A DNA stretch of 64,000 nt from Xylographa opegraphella (GCA_022813865.1 JALDZX010000079.1:1-64000), one strand, 5' to 3'; positions 24,101 through 36,610 are shown, counted from the first letter of the stretch. Program-made: numbers and translations. The notes: generated from the letters alone by a model not told the origin.

Positions 24101-25778
24101 TAGGCTTATCACCGAAGTAGTTGCTAGCATCCGCGGGTGATTTGCCACGTCTGATGAAAAGCCCAAACCTGCTCGGCGATTTCGAAGGACTATCGGCCAT
24201 AGGACTTGGTTCTAGCTTCGGGGTTTGTTTGAGATCTTCAGTGCGCAAAGATGAGATTCCACGAGTTCGAGATCTTTCTCGAGGATGCAAGTGAGGACTT
24301 TGCGCTCGAGCTTGAGCTGGTGGTGGCATATTGAAGGGCTTCTTCGATATTGTTGAAGTATTCGAAGGAGAGCGTTGTAAAGAAGGCCTCCCATGCCTAT
24401 CATCAGCCTTTGCTGGTGATACCAGTTTAGCTTTCTCGATGGATTCACGGCGTGTGTGACCGGAGGTTGCCAAGTGATTGAGGTTGCTTTGGATAACCGG
24501 CGAGGGTCTCTCTTTCTCAAGGATAGGAGTGCCTTCGCGGCTTGGCCGTGGAGGTACTGCGGCTGTTCGGCCTGTGCTTAATGCGGGGATTCGTGACTGT
24601 GAGACACTAGGCCGTCGAGCTGAATCAAGCTGATCCTCTTTCACAACCGTTCGTCCTCTTCCAGCACCTGGTGCGCTAGATGCAGGGCCACGAGCGCTTG
24701 GGCCTCTTTTGGAGGACAGTCGTAATGGGGGGGTAGGTGGAGGTGGTGCCAAACGAGTCTTCCGCTCCATCTGGGCAATCTCCGTCCTCTCGATCTGCTC
24801 AGCCGCCTTTACCGTTGACGACGAGGAGGACGATTCGCGCAAAGGGGGTAGACCCTGATCCTCTGCTATTTCATCCTTCGATGCAGCGACGCCCAAATTC
24901 CTCCTGGTAACAGGGGGCCTTGTTTTTGTCGGACTTGACGGTGTCTTCAATCGTGGGATGAACTTCGGAGCCAGAGTGATGCCAGGGGAATGAGATGAGA
25001 TGGATGTAGGAGTGGAAGTTCGGCTGAAAGGTCCTGGAGATATCGAGGCACGGGTCGACGCGCTACTACTCCGCGCTACGTAGCCTGGATGTGGTGGCGG
25101 AAGATCCTGCGTAGATAGCTTGTGAGGTAAATGCCTGGGCACATAGGTCGCCATCCGGGAGTTCGAGGTAGCATAGGCAGTGGGGGTAGATTTAGTGACT
25201 GGGATCTGTGAGGTGGAATGCGAAATTGTTGGTAGACTGATTCCAAGGATAGATCCAGGGAAAGGGTCCGAGTAGCCTCCGGGTGAAGAGACAGTTTGCG
25301 CCGTTGCACGGACGGGCTCTGAATCAACAGAGGAACTCGTAGCGGTGGACTGTGCATAATGGTAACGTTGCTCGTTCGACGAGCCTTTTCGTCTCAGCTT
25401 GTTCCGTCCAGAGGGGACGGGTTGACCAGGATTTGTGATAGCACCAGAGGCCTGCGCGCGCGTGCTCGCGGTGGCCTCCATATATTTGGGGGTAGCAGCA
25501 TCCCTGGAGTCCGTCCTTGACGAGAACGCGCCCTCCGACGTTGTCCCTATATCTTTCGATGACCCCGAAGCAGTCTGCTTTGGTGGCTGGCTCTTCTCTT
25601 CCTCGCGCTTTGCCCTATGCCTCGAGAACATGGACGTGTGTGTGGGTATCTTGGAAGTATTGACGAGTGGTGGAACGACAGAAGATCTTTTTGTGGACTC
25701 TGCAGTCCTGCGAGCCGACTGCTCCTCTTCCTCCTTCTTTCTACTGGGCTTTGACCCATGGAACATCCGGGACGCCAT
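21129..25778 (-). CDS. Large Ser/Pro-rich protein with C-terminal class I SAM-methyltransferase-like domain
   Basis: Uninterrupted ORF of about 1550 aa (first ATG 25778, MASRMF; the ORF track starts at an upstream TTG). The C-terminus contains PFPFPKGFFSAVVFRFP and ECKRVLRPGGYLE. Conserved islands GPAAGTGHEGYGKY and RLQQVGRIPRV lie in the disordered part. Confidence 0.8.
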   Translation of the reverse strand: MASRMFHGSKPSRKKEEEEQSARRTAESTKRSSVVPPLVNTSKIPTHTSMFSRHRAKREEEKSQPPKQTASGSSKDIGTTSEGAFSSRTDSRDAATPKYMEATASTRAQASGAITNPGQPVPSGRNKLRRKGSSNEQRYHYAQSTATSSSVDSEPVRATAQTVSSPGGYSDPFPGSILGISLPTISHSTSQIPVTKSTPTAYATSNSRMATYVPRHLPHKLSTQDLPPPHPGYVARSSSASTRASISPGPFSRTSTPTSISSHSPGITLAPKFIPRLKTPSSPTKTRPPVTRRNLGVAASKDEIAEDQGLPPLRESSSSSSTVKAAEQIERTEIAQMERKTRLAPPPPTPPLRLSSKRGPSARGPASSAPGAGRGRTVVKEDQLDSARRPSVSQSRIPALSTGRTAAVPPRPSREGTPILEKERPSPVIQSNLNHLATSGHTRRESIEKAKLVSPAKADDRHGRPSLQRSPSNTSTISKKPFNMPPPAQARAQSPHLHPRERSRTRGISSLRTEDLKQTPKLEPSPMADSPSKSPSRFGLFIRRGKSPADASNYFGDKPTKKGPAAGTGHEGYGKYAKRGRSGSISTTASRGRSTSTDRSSVSYRPSSSRKSSFAGDEKPELDDFYKERLEPVIIGGGGRIKENRNSGVSLYRTSSGESSTSISSSVNFEPSVPIRNRFRDGDVSTDQGSLDTSQRISPALLPPSKPPGQAGSSSAGHLTLAHRRSLHRSQVVNKAEPINIPPPINTQVATPAGLDSTALDSFDAVHSSVPWSDSSLNDLSEGHEGNWLKPKRPQRVKLPSKWNFFQRAQHSPKHSAKSASSAPIVTANELPVAISKMPEPHSVPHYAIMDGSEQEDNETLEDLLRDIEDDLELRNPEAASKSEVTTPITPQQERQYSMLLPSPPKFPAEFTQAPMPNLRVAVPAPRHSEEHQPVPAAVTPVRNRLQQVGRIPRVISKRDRLHNPPPKSFSRPFTRPPVVEDKVSVPTSIPEVPAIPERFPQIVQTEPLPSAPWTGYPFIEPKSAPPTNGMLFNLDGEREFLSFSDRKGSAVSGSSSSGVLSLAGMTALLPRPESLLKEDEVWNEYDELLDHVASPLSVQSSWSGKDDIINSFPAVEESESTSTKERKKESPIIVSPRSSNSTAMAPSPPRRPVISVSTAPVETLQLPSPQRSDFLPSTPMSFSEIYAGYANRSSAGLTVRESVSSGSHYSSHSVASVANQPAADDDPVKRYTQVMADKLKVSLGSPDTFRFSALMTARWLSFDRVLFSPVQEEIRNNRQDRVLVLDGLGNDDWSSYCALTFPTAIVYNLGAPRPLSETKRDNASWQPPSNHRQIHHANIAHPFPFPKGFFSAVVFRFPVANSEAALRNAVAECKRVLRPGGYLEMCILDMDLVNMGNRARRAIRGLKVRMQIADPGVSLSPTSDNVQKMLGRRGFENLNRCVVGVPVAGSLAHSPTGSLDDMQAGLGDLLRGPAAGGAAPITKMVAQVGRWWWSRCYERSVVAEDDAEGSLWHDRALLRECEKRDTGFRLVICYAQKPVNARRRTVSV

Positions 25779-28230
25779 TCTTGCTCCGGCCTTTGTATAG
25801 ATGCCCACTTCAACATGGGGCAATATGTACTTGAGAACAGGTCGATATTATAGGTAGGCATTAGACAGTGTCTGGAACTTGAAACACCAGTATGTTGTCA
25901 GCGGGGAAGAGCGCCGGGCGAACATCTCGAACGGAAGCACAAACTTACCCCGCAAGTCGAAAGCATATATATTGTTGTTGTAGACGATGCGCCCAGTGCT
26001 CCTGTGTCCCTTGAATATGTCGTGGAGACCAACATGAAAGCGCTCAAGGAAAGGCGACTCCCGGGGAAAATATTGACGAGAAATGTGCGACGATGACGGA
26101 CTGAAAAGGGCAAGAGCACCGAAGCTTCTGGCGGGACCGATACGTTCGACGGCCAGGCGAAACGCACGAATCGATATTCTTGGATAGCGCGCTTGGTGGT
26201 CGTGGACTAAGGCAGTTGAAGGTCCGCCTTGCACCGCCACCCGACGCACCGGAGACGCCGTTGACGATCGGCCGACAGCTGCATCAGCTTGGATCAAGAA
26301 GCGCGATGCGTTGGCAGGCGATAATTAATCAATCCAGGGCGAGAAATGCAATGCGAATTAAACAAATGCAGCGTGGAAATGGGAAGGAATTTTCGACGAT
26401 GATGACGGGGGTGAAAGGGTTCTGAGGTTGGGCGATCTTTGACGGTGTGGTCGCAGGGGGAGAAGTTAAAAGATGTTGGAGCAAGACGAGGGTGTGCGGC
26501 CATTCATCCTCGAACCTCGTCGTCTTTGCGGGACCGAACCGCCGGGGTCAAGGGGAGAATGAGAAGAGTAGTAGTAATAAGATCCAAGAAGCCGACTCTC
26601 TGGCGTGTGCGCGTAATTCTGTATCGAGAGTCACAAGTGGAGAGGGCGAGGTTACATTGGCCGGTAGTCGCTCGAACGAGAGCGGCGACAAAGCCCTCGA
26701 CGTCCAACGGTCGCATATACTGGCCCATGTAGACATCCCGTGATCCATGACCATCGCAGCTTGAGGCAAAGCGACTTCCGTGCATGGTTCGAAGCCTGGT
26801 GGAAGGCAGTCTCTGAGTACGTAGGTACGGTAGTAGTCCACCCAAGTCTGCTCGCATTCGAGACGGGTTACCGTCGTCCGAGGCTGGGACAGAGCTGAGC
26901 ACGAGACTCGCCAGCAACGTGATATTCCCTTATTCCACCGTTACTTGCCTACGGTCAGCCGATGCGACAGCTTCCCTGGTGGCGGGTGCTCGCATCGAGT
27001 CGTCGTGGGTTGGTGGACCTGGTGGAGCGGATTCCCCATGTGCGATGTAGCCAGTCACGTTATGCAGGCCGGTGGAATGGCCGCCAATTCGTCGCAGCAT
27101 CCATGCAAGCTGGGGGGAGGAGGCGTCGACGGGGCAGTGGCACTTGCATGTCCACGCTATCAGAGCGATGAAATGACAGCGCTTCCACGCTGAGTAGCGT
27201 GGTGTTGTAGATGGCCGGTCACTGCGACGGCGGTCGGCACTTGTGGAGTCAGTCAGTCCTGTTTGATTTTAGTATAGACAACCGGACGTCCTGCTCAGCT
27301 TGCGAGGGATCGTGAAGAGCACACTAAGTAAAAGCTACCGTAATCGCGAAAGATACATCGTCGTTGCTGTCGGCGGTTCGAGTTGTCGCAGTCCAAATAG
27401 GTAGTCTCTGGGCGAACATCTCGCGAGTCAGAAGCCAGACGGGGAGCAATTCTAGTGCTGCCGTCCAGACCAGTGAAACTTCTCCCCACCCGCTACTCTG
27501 ATTCGACGGCGACGGACCAATCCCAGAGGGAAGACCCGTTCTTCCGCCCGTTGGTGGGCTCTGGATGCTGGACGAAGATGAGCGCCAATCGGCAGGCAGA
27601 GCCTTCACCATCATGCTGCGACTACTGGCCGATGGGCCAGAGCATGCTCGACGGAGTGTGCCAGCCCTTGACAAATCCCATGGCGATGCGAGCTAGGGAT
27701 GGACGATAGGTGTCCGATTTGCTTTTCCAGATGTTCGAAATTCCAACTCAAATCCCTCTGTCCCACTGGCCCATTTCCAAGAACCGTCGACGAAATGGGC
27801 CGAGCTGAGCCAGTCGTTGCGGACCATGGCTGAGATGAAAGACCAGCTCGCCACAATCGCGCACTACTAGATAGTCCCCAAAACCGGTCTTGCTTGGTAT
27901 CACCGGCTGTGGTCGAACCTTTCGGCCTTCGATGTTCCTCATACAGAGATCTCGGGGGGAAGGATTCACATGGCCGGGGACGCACGAGGCTCCCATTCGA
28001 TACAAGGAATTTGTGCGACAATCATCCACGCGGCCCGCCTCTCGCCCCCATCAAAGCAAGGGAAAATCCAGGCTTGCCTTCAGATGCACAGAATCACGAA
28101 ACACAATGATCCCATCTCACAACAGTGACCGGGCCCGCATAATCACACGCCTTTCCCCGCAACACGTAACCGTCGTCCTACCATTCCTACAGACCGGGAG
28201 ATCATACCTCCGTACAGACGATAGGGAATA

Positions 28231-28290
28231 GACTGAACTACAGGACTACTGAACTACTGAACCACTGGACTACTGGCCTACTGGACTGGA
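28231..28290. repeat. Degenerate ~9-bp tandem repeat (ACTACTG-A/G-A)
   Basis: gactgaactacaggactactgaactactgaaccactggactactggcctactggactgga. Confidence 0.7.
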
Positions 28291-29105
28291 ACTTCCCTCC
28301 CACCGATATGGCCCCCCCCCCTCCCTCTCGTAGCGCCGTGCGTGCGACGCTCTCGTTGGCTCGCTGCCAAACCACTCCCTCGGTGCCATTTCAGTCATGT
28401 GATGCGAAGGGGTGGGCCGCCGTCGTCGAGGATTGGTCGTCGCCATGAGAAGGGGAAGGGGAAGGGGAAGGGGGGGTGGTTCATGATCGAGAGGTAGAGA
28501 GAGATCCACGAAACCAAGGTATGGAGATCGATGGGTTGGTAGTGGCCGGTGGTATTTTGGAAGGGTACTTTTCAATGAAATGCAGAACCATGGCTTCTCC
28601 ACTCTGAAGCGAAGAATGATAGCTCCGTGTCCTTGTGTCCTGACGTCGATCCGATACCAGCGCTCATGAGACTTCCCTACCGGCCTGTCTCGCCTACGAC
28701 GGTCGCACAGCCATGCGAGGTGCGTCACATCGTAGTATTCCAAGCCGAACATCAATAATCGTGTTACGGGGTACATGTGGCCCACGGCCGCGAAAAGATA
28801 GGAAGCAGTCCTCCCAAGGCAGAGACCACAGTACAACGTACGTTAGGCACCTTGAGTAGGGAGCGAGAATCCGCCGCGCTGGCGAGCTCCGAGCAACCTC
28901 TCACCCGCCCTGCCACGAAGAGTCATAGCATAGCATGGGATGACGACCCGTCTCGGCTTTTCGTGTCCCACCGCCAGCACCGGCGTGCTCCCCAGCAACC
29001 TCACCACCTCACCACAGCGGCGATAGGGGAAAGGCACCGCTTCGATCGCCCAAACCATGTTATTTTACCCAGCTCCCACTCGCCGCCGTTCCCGTCCTCG
29101 CCTAC

Positions 29106-29954
29106 CTACGCCGTAGCCCCGAACCTCGCCTTCCTCGCCTCCGCCGCGAGCCTGTCCTTCTCAGCCACCTTGTCCCCCCCAAGCTTCCCCCCATCCGGGT
29201 CCCTGCTCCTGCCCCTCCCCTCCCTCCTCCGACTATCCACTCGCTTCGCGCCCCTCCCCTTCTCCTTCTCCCCCCCCTCGCCCTCCTCAGCCCTCCCCCT
29301 CTTCCCCTTCGCCCGTTCCGGCAACGCCCCCTCCAGCCCGCCGCCCTGCTGCGCCCCATCCGCCACCGTGCCGAACTTCTTGAACCGCTCCAGCGCCTTC
29401 TCCGCCTCGAACACCACCTCCGCCGGCAGGTTGTACTTGCGCGCGCGCGCCAGCCGCTTCGCGAGCTCCGACTCGACCGACAGCGGCGGCAGCGTGCTCG
29501 GCGGTGGGGGCGTGTATGTCAGCGCCGGCGTGCTGGCCGTGGGCGAGGACGCGGATGGGGCTGCGGGCGCGGGTTGCGTCACGGTGAGGTCGTGCGTGGC
29601 CGAGGGGTCGATGGCGGGGACCTGGTTCGGCACGGCGAGCGGGTTGGCGGCGCGGCCGGTGCCGGCGCCGGAGGGTAGAGGTGCGGGGACCGGGGTTTCG
29701 GTGGTGGCTGTGGTGGTGGTGGCGGCAGGCGTGGGGGGCGCTTTGGCGGCAGGGTCGTCGTCCCAGCCGATCTCGTCGTCGGGGGCGGACGAGGGAGCTG
29801 CGGCCGCAGGGGCGGGCGCGTGCTGGGCCTTCTCGCTGTCGTCTTGCACCAGGCGCGCGATCAGGTCCGCTTTCTTGCCCGTGTGCGGCAGCGAGCGCGC
29901 GCGCAGGAGCTGCTCGAGCTCCGCGTTCTTGTGTTTCGTGTAGTCGGGGGCCAT
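29106..29954 (-). CDS. SAP-domain ribonucleoprotein, Tho1/SARNP-like
   Basis: N-terminal SAP motif DYTKHKNAELEQLLRARSLPHTGKKADLIARL, DDEIGWDDD, and C-terminal ELAKRLARARKY..LERFKKFG..RKARFG repeats. Confidence 0.85.
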   Translation of the reverse strand: MAPDYTKHKNAELEQLLRARSLPHTGKKADLIARLVQDDSEKAQHAPAPAAAAPSSAPDDEIGWDDDPAAKAPPTPAATTTTATTETPVPAPLPSGAGTGRAANPLAVPNQVPAIDPSATHDLTVTQPAPAAPSASSPTASTPALTYTPPPPSTLPPLSVESELAKRLARARKYNLPAEVVFEAEKALERFKKFGTVADGAQQGGGLEGALPERAKGKRGRAEEGEGGEKEKGRGAKRVDSRRREGRGRSRDPDGGKLGGDKVAEKDRLAAEARKARFGATA

Positions 29955-31163
29955 GCTGGATTGTTGGCTGATGGTAGAAGAGTGGGTCACGAAGAAAGGT
30001 GAGTGTTGTGAAATCAGAAGTGAAGTGAGGAAGAGTTATCGCCAGTTGGCGGTTTGAGAGGCGAGGGGATGTGAGAAGTGAGAGGCTGGGGGCGTGTGGA
30101 TGCTGGCTTCGGTATAGGTAGTATTATTGTCGGTCGCAGATGGAGTAGCTGTACCGCAAGCGTCGACTCCTGGAGGTTCGGAGCTCGATTTGTGGTGTTT
30201 GCGCGCTTGAGCCTGCTGTTCGCCGCATTCCGACTAGCGTGTCCCTTGCAGCCAATGACTGAGCTCGGAGTCCGACAGTTGCTCAGAGACCAAGGAACTC
30301 AGTGAAAATCGCGATTTGTAAAAGTATTAATATATTCGCTTCTATGATGCAGCTCGAGCTTTGTAGTCTCTCCCATTCTCACGAGCTTTCCTCAAGTCTA
30401 CCCAAAGAAGGACCCTGGTCTCAAGCCCAAGCTATTCAAGCAGCCCAATTGGCACTACACGACCAGCAATACTCATTCCCTTTTCAAATCTTCTACAACC
30501 CTAACCCATCGTCAGAGGATGCTTTTTTTTTTTATAACGCTCTTACTACTACTGACAGAACCAAACGAAGCACTCCCAGAGGCAATAAGCTACTGACGAG
30601 GTCAAATGTTTCAAGCATTAGGCTCGGTCTGTCTGAGAAGCCGAAGCCTGCTTTCATGGAGCTCTCTATATAATGGTCTATCGGGAGGAGACCCAGCGCT
30701 ACATAACCGATGAATAACCTGCAACTCCATGGGTGTCTCGAGCAGTGGCTTGGGGATGACACACCTTACCCCAGGGGATGCCGTAGATCCGTCGCGCGTG
30801 GTTCTGGAGGAACTACCATGCTTAGCAGATGCCGAGTCCGACATTTGATAGCCGTGAGCCTCGCAATCATTTCATACAACATTCACCGCCATCTTACAAG
30901 TTATCACGCAGTAATGCCCTGTTTAGAATAGAATACCCAGCTTGATTATGTATAGCGAGCCAGGACGATCGTGCACCGGCCGCATCTCTATCGCTACACG
31001 CTACAAACTCCCTTTTTTTGTGAGATGAAACATGGTCCGCCTCTGCCAAAATTCCCAAACCTTTGCCGAAACCTCCCCCTCGCCCCAAACACCTCCGGAT
31101 CAGGGTCCAGGCGCCCGGAAAGACAAGTAGACGTGTGGGTATCATGACGAACGAAATGATCCT

Positions 31164-32265
31164 TCATTGATAAGCCGGCATCCCGTAACCGGCGGACGCC
31201 ATCTGCTGCTGTTGGATCTGCTGATGCTGCTGCTGTTGCTGCTGATGGGCCTGCGCCTGGGCCTGCTGTTGCTGTCTCAACTGGCCCAGATCGCGGAACC
31301 AAGCATGGTTGAGGGCGTCCTTGGCGCTGATCCGCATCTCGGGTCGCAGCTGAAGCATCCTGCTCAGCAGATCCAGCCCTTGTTGGTCAATCTGTGGCAG
31401 GATCAATCGCAAGTCTTGCGTAGCGTAGATGTGGAAGGTGGACTTGTACTCTGGGAACTGTGAAATACCGGGCCAAGATCGCTCGGAAGGGGTTCCCATC
31501 AGTCGGAAGATCTTCTGGAGTTCGTCTTCGTTGTTGGAGCCTGGGAACAGGGGACGGCCGGTGTACATCTCCGCCATGATACATCCCGCGGACCAGATAT
31601 CAATGCTGGTATTGTAGGTGCGACTGCCCAGGAGGACATCAGGGGCGCGATACCAGAGAGTGACCACCTCGTTGGAAAAGGTATTAACGGGAATGCCAAA
31701 AGCGCGAGCAAGACCAAAATCGGCGAGTTTCAATTGACCCTTGTTGTTGATCAGCAGATTCTGTGGCTTGAGATCCCGATGTAGCACGCGGTTGTCGTGG
31801 CAGAAGGCGATACCCTGGAGCAGTTGATACATGAACGACTTGATGGTGATGTAATCCAATTGGCCTCGGTCACCGCGAGAGTCCATGTACTTCTTCAGGT
31901 CCTTGTCCATGTACTCGAAGACGAGCATGAGCTTGTTCTCGGTGTGAATGACATCGTGCAGGGAGACGATATTCTCATGTTTGAGCTCCTTCATCAATGA
32001 GATTTCCCGAATCGCAGTCGAAGGCGTCCCCTCCTCGGAATCCAGGTGTATCTCTTTCAGCGCGACGAGCTCGCCGGTTTGACGGTTTCGTCCTTTAAAG
32101 ACCTGCACGGGTCATTAGTGGGTTGACGGGTGGGTAATTTCAGCGTCATACCGTAGCATATGTGCCTTCACCAAGCTGGGAAGTCAATCAGCATTCATCG
32201 CAAGATCAGGAAGATGGGCACACCTTCTCCAACTGCTGAAATGAGCTGGGATGCCGTTTATCCAT
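31164..32265 (-). CDS. PHO85: Cyclin-dependent kinase Pho85/PhoA (2 introns)
   Basis: Exons 32265-32224 ([14 protein letters not shown]), 32175-32152 (LGEGTYAT) and 32102-31164. Motifs [47 protein letters not shown]. Poly-Q tail. Confidence 0.97.
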
Positions 32266-33618
32266 TGGGTCTCTGGAGTGCAAGGGAGCACCCGTGGCGT
32301 AATAAATTGGACCTGTTTCTTGCTGACTGGGGACGACTGGGAGTGAGTACGAAGGCTGGAGCACGTTCCGAGGAGCAACAAGACGTTGAGCGACCTGCAA
32401 AGCCGAGGGTGGAATATTCCTGTGGTTGTGAATATTGAGGAAAGGTGCAGCTTTTGGCAGTGCGGCTTTTGGCAGGCCACTGATGTAGGGTATCCTTTGC
32501 GTCGGTTCCATTTTTAGTTGGTACAGACGGGCGCTTCAGGTGAAACTTAGCGGGGGACCGATCAATTGGCTGGGAGCGGGACCTGGCTGGTGTAAGGGCG
32601 GTACTGTGTATGAAGATATTATACATGGTAAACTGGAATGACAGGCGGGCGATTAGATGAAGCTGTGAATGCTTTCAGAGACATGGCCACTACGAAACAT
32701 GGCGGTCGTAATGGCCGTTCCTGCTGTTTCTCCGTCGTGGCCGCCGTGTTCAGGCTATCTGGCCACGAAACTCACCCACACAAGTGTCCAGCACGACCTT
32801 GCAGCATGGTGTTGTCCCAGACGCGAATGCAAGCGACCATCAGCTATTTACAAGAGGGTTTGTTTCCTTGGAATGTGTCGTTGAGCTTGGGAGGAGAAGG
32901 GGTGGAGAAGAATGCTTTCGTGCCAATTCAATATTCCACGATGGATCACAGATGGACAATCATGGCCCAACCTGGCCGATCCCGACATATCGCGACTTTC
33001 AGCCATGCAATGATACCGCCGAGTATCTCGCCGACCTCTGACCTTCTTGTTCTCTTCTGTTTTAGCTGTAGACGATCTGGCAGGAGCGAATGCGGACTAG
33101 TCGTATGTCAGGATCCGGGCAAGGCTGAACTAGGGACGTTCTAGAAGGGCCAATTCGACGCTAGAAGGAAAATCGCGCAGGTCTAGACCGAGTTTGTGAT
33201 TCCGAACCCTAAAAGTGCTGCATGGCTCGGTAGGAGAATATGAGAGAAGTCTCGGTATTACACAGTTTTAATCTTGTTATTGGCCCGAGCCTCGGTGGGT
33301 TGGGTCAACACCGATCTGACAATTGCGTCTCGTCAGTTGGTACCTGTTATCCAAGAAACATGATCTGCGAGCCTTAAGCTCGGATGCAGCCAAGACGCTC
33401 GGGGGTGGCCGCCCTCAGCGAATTTTGCTTCTTTCAACAGAGCGGAACTTTTCCCCAATTCTCCGAGCTTCTCCTTTCCGCTCAGTCCTGGCTCCAGTAA
33501 TCCGACGGGCCTACAAGAGTTGTAGCCGGGGACGTTGACACGAAAAGCGATCATGGAATATAGTATACACATGTCCGTCACTCTTCCTCGGCTCGCCCAC
33601 TAGTCTCCTCATTGAGGC

Positions 33619-35513
33619 ATGTCGAACAAGACCATGTCATCTTCCGGCAGCAAACGGGCCTGTGACGCCTGCCACCGACGAAAGGTCTGTTTGATATCTC
33701 TGTCATTCATAACCAATCAAGTCTGCCGCTGTAGATCCTAACTCATCGGCCCTTTTAGGTACGATGCAATGGATATTCCCACCCCTGTCAAAACTGTGTT
33801 CAGGCCTCGCTCGCTTGTACCTTTAACAAGCCACCGCAGAAGAAAGGCCCCAAAGGAAGTCGAGCCAAGGTGATTTCAGAGCTCCGAAAAACACAAGACC
33901 ACGACCCGACACGGCCGTCGTCCTCCCCCAATGATGGCCGTGCCTCTCTCGACTCCCCCTTGGGCTCTCCGCTGGCGACTCGCGCTCGCGGTCTGCTACC
34001 GACCGACACGATCCCCGCCTGCGTCTCGTACTTCTTTGAGAACTTCTACCCGACCATGCCCATCTTGGATCAGGGTCGCATGAAGCAGACCGTGACGGAG
34101 ATGGATACGAAGACCGAAGCATATTGTCTCATTGGCTCCCTATGCGCTTTTGTCGTCATCCAGCCCGATTTCCATATTCGGACGGCCGGGGACAGACCAC
34201 AGTTCAGCTCCATCCGACAGGTGTCCGCCCAATGCTTACGTCTGGTGGAGGAAACCTTGCGAGCATGGAATGGGTACGACCACAAAGACAGCCCCACTCT
34301 CACCGATGTGCTGATCGCCTTTTTCCTCTCGGCCGCTTACTTCGGACTTGAAAAGGCCAATGCAGCCTGGATCCATCTACGGGAGGCCATCACCTTGGCT
34401 CAGCTGTTGGGTATGCATGACGAAGGAACCTACAAACGAGGCGACGTGGACGGTGACATCAGGCGGCGCTTGTTTTGGCTACTATATGTATCGGAGAGGT
34501 AAAAGTCGTGCCTTCGTTCATTGGTGTGCACTGATTCTCATCTTTTTGCAGAGGATATGCCTTGCACAAACATCGGCCCTTGGCCCTTCACGCCACCATC
34601 GAATATCCGGTCCCTACCGGAGACTCGACGGACGCAATCGCCATCACCGGTTTGATTTGTTTGTGCAACCTCTTCCGCATCATCGACGACACCTTTTCGA
34701 GGGTCTGGAATACTGCAAGGTCGGAATGTTCCACGATATGGCTTTCTACGCTTCAGCGCCAGCTCGATGAAGCGCTTCCTGAAGAGCTGAACTGCCCAGA
34801 GGCACAGGAAGCCGACCTCAGGATATCTCAACAATGGCTGAAGATAGTCGTGTGGCAGATGTCGACCGCCAGTGGGTGTCTCTCATCGACGTCAACTGAT
34901 GCTTTCATGAGCTTCACTTATCCCATTGACGTCTCCAAAGAGATTTTTGCGATTACGTCACGATTATCGCCGCAGTCGATTGAAGTCCACGGTATCGGCC
35001 TGGTCAGTATGGTAACTGTGTTGCAAGCCGGGTACTGACGTTGGCCAGCTTGAGAAACTGTTTGACATCGCATGCACGCTCATCGATGTCATGTCCTGCG
35101 TACCATTGGAGACCACTACTTTCGAAGTCGGACCTCGAGACTACCTGGTCCACTTCCACTCTCTCATTTCATCTCTACGACGAGGCGAGTCCCGGTACGT
35201 CGCGCTGCTGGAGGGAAAGATTAGAGACACTCTTCCAACAATGGCTGCTACACTTTCCCTGTCACTACCACCAGCCTCGCTCGAGCGAGTCCTGACTCAA
35301 GACGAAGGCTCACTTTCGTCAAACTCAAGTCCATACAATAGTCCATCTTCGATGTCCTCTGTACCACGGTTTCCGGCTTTTCAGGTTCCGCCGTCAAGCC
35401 CATCAGCTGCCACGTTACCTAGTTCTTTGCCCGTACCGGGTACGAGTCCAGCGGGGCGCCCGGTGTATGGTCGTCTACCATTTCAAGACGGACATCATCG
35501 AATATTTCCGTGA
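33619..35513 (+). CDS. Zn(II)2Cys6 transcription factor, AmyR/MalR/Suc1-like (3 introns)
   Basis: ACDACHRRK/VRC..PCQNC..LACTF, followed by PQKKGPKGSRAKVISELR. Fungal-specific TF domain RRRLFWLLYVSER. Also QEADLRISQQWL and EVHGIGL/EKLFDIA. The start may be 33619 or 33634. Confidence 0.88.
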
Positions 35514-36610
35514 GAACCAAGTCAAGTGCTGCTGAGTCTACTTGATACCCTTGGAGAGAGTATTTCTTTGTATATACTAATCCATAGCAAGATTGAAATA
35601 CTTAGTCTCTGCTTGAGACACAGGTCTATCTGTGTGATGCGCCAAGAACAAATCATGCTTTTTCCCACTCACCACTCATGGCTCGAGACGGATAATAGAC
35701 CGAGACGGAACCGCGCATTTCAAAACTGCCCAATTGTTATTCTTCTGCTATCAATCCTCCTATGTCTCTCTACACGATATGGATCGAGCCGAGCCATACA
35801 TCCGCATTTATTGGTCGGTCTCGCCGAATACTCGTTCTATCGATCTTCACATCTCTACATGATACAGACCGAGCCGAAACATATATGCGCATACCCTAAG
35901 CCTGTTTCGTCCACTGCCATTCATTGCAATCGCTCTTGGAGTCGAAATGTTGATCATATGTATCGAGTGCTGCATCTTGTACATGTTGTGAAGCGACATT
36001 TTCTTGCGACTCCACGCTTCGATCGCGATGATGTTAAGTGAACTGCTTCAAAACTTGCTCCTCCATCATGAGATTCGCAATGAGTCGTTTTCAGGCAACC
36101 CACCCGAGTTTGTCTTTGGTTGAAGACCATACACAAGGACTGCTGACAAGTATGCACCCCACGACTTTGAGCACACTAAACCATCAACTACCTTGGTGGT
36201 GTGTACCTTAGGTATCGGGCGATTTCTTCTTCCACCGAGATAAACTTTGGAATCGAGATCTGGAAACGTCGCAGTACCCACGAACTACTTATACGCGACC
36301 CTACCATCACAGCCTCGCCTCTGGAATCCAAAACCAGTGTTTCCGACTCCCGTCACCACCGCTGCCTTGCGAATCATAATTCCCTCCACACCTACCCACG
36401 TGGATCAACCATCCCACGACTGCCGACTCACGGAATGTGCCTTCTGTCGACAGTGCCCTCGCGGGCAACGTATATGTGCTGGGCCGTCCCCCTGTCTGTA
36501 ACCCACCTCGACCTGCACCGACCCCCAACATCCACCACAACACCTTCCCCGTCAGCGCTCCGTTCCTATCACCCCGCAGCACCGCACACCCCCCGCCAAC
36601 CTAACCGACG

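Noticed and set aside
26750..26805. tRNA-like elements (GCTT..AAGC stem and GGTTCGAAGCC)
   Set aside because: There is no room for an anticodon arm and no acceptor stem.
28777..29943. Long antisense or alternate-frame ORFs (also 18752-19495, 20827-21660, 36201-37241, 36632-37504, 9113-9751)
   Set aside because: These are shadow ORFs expected from high GC3 and stop-codon scarcity over real genes. The translations are low-complexity.
31195..31275. Poly-Q/CAG tract at the Pho85 C-terminus as a novelty
   Set aside because: Low-complexity Gln-rich tails are common in filamentous-fungal kinases.
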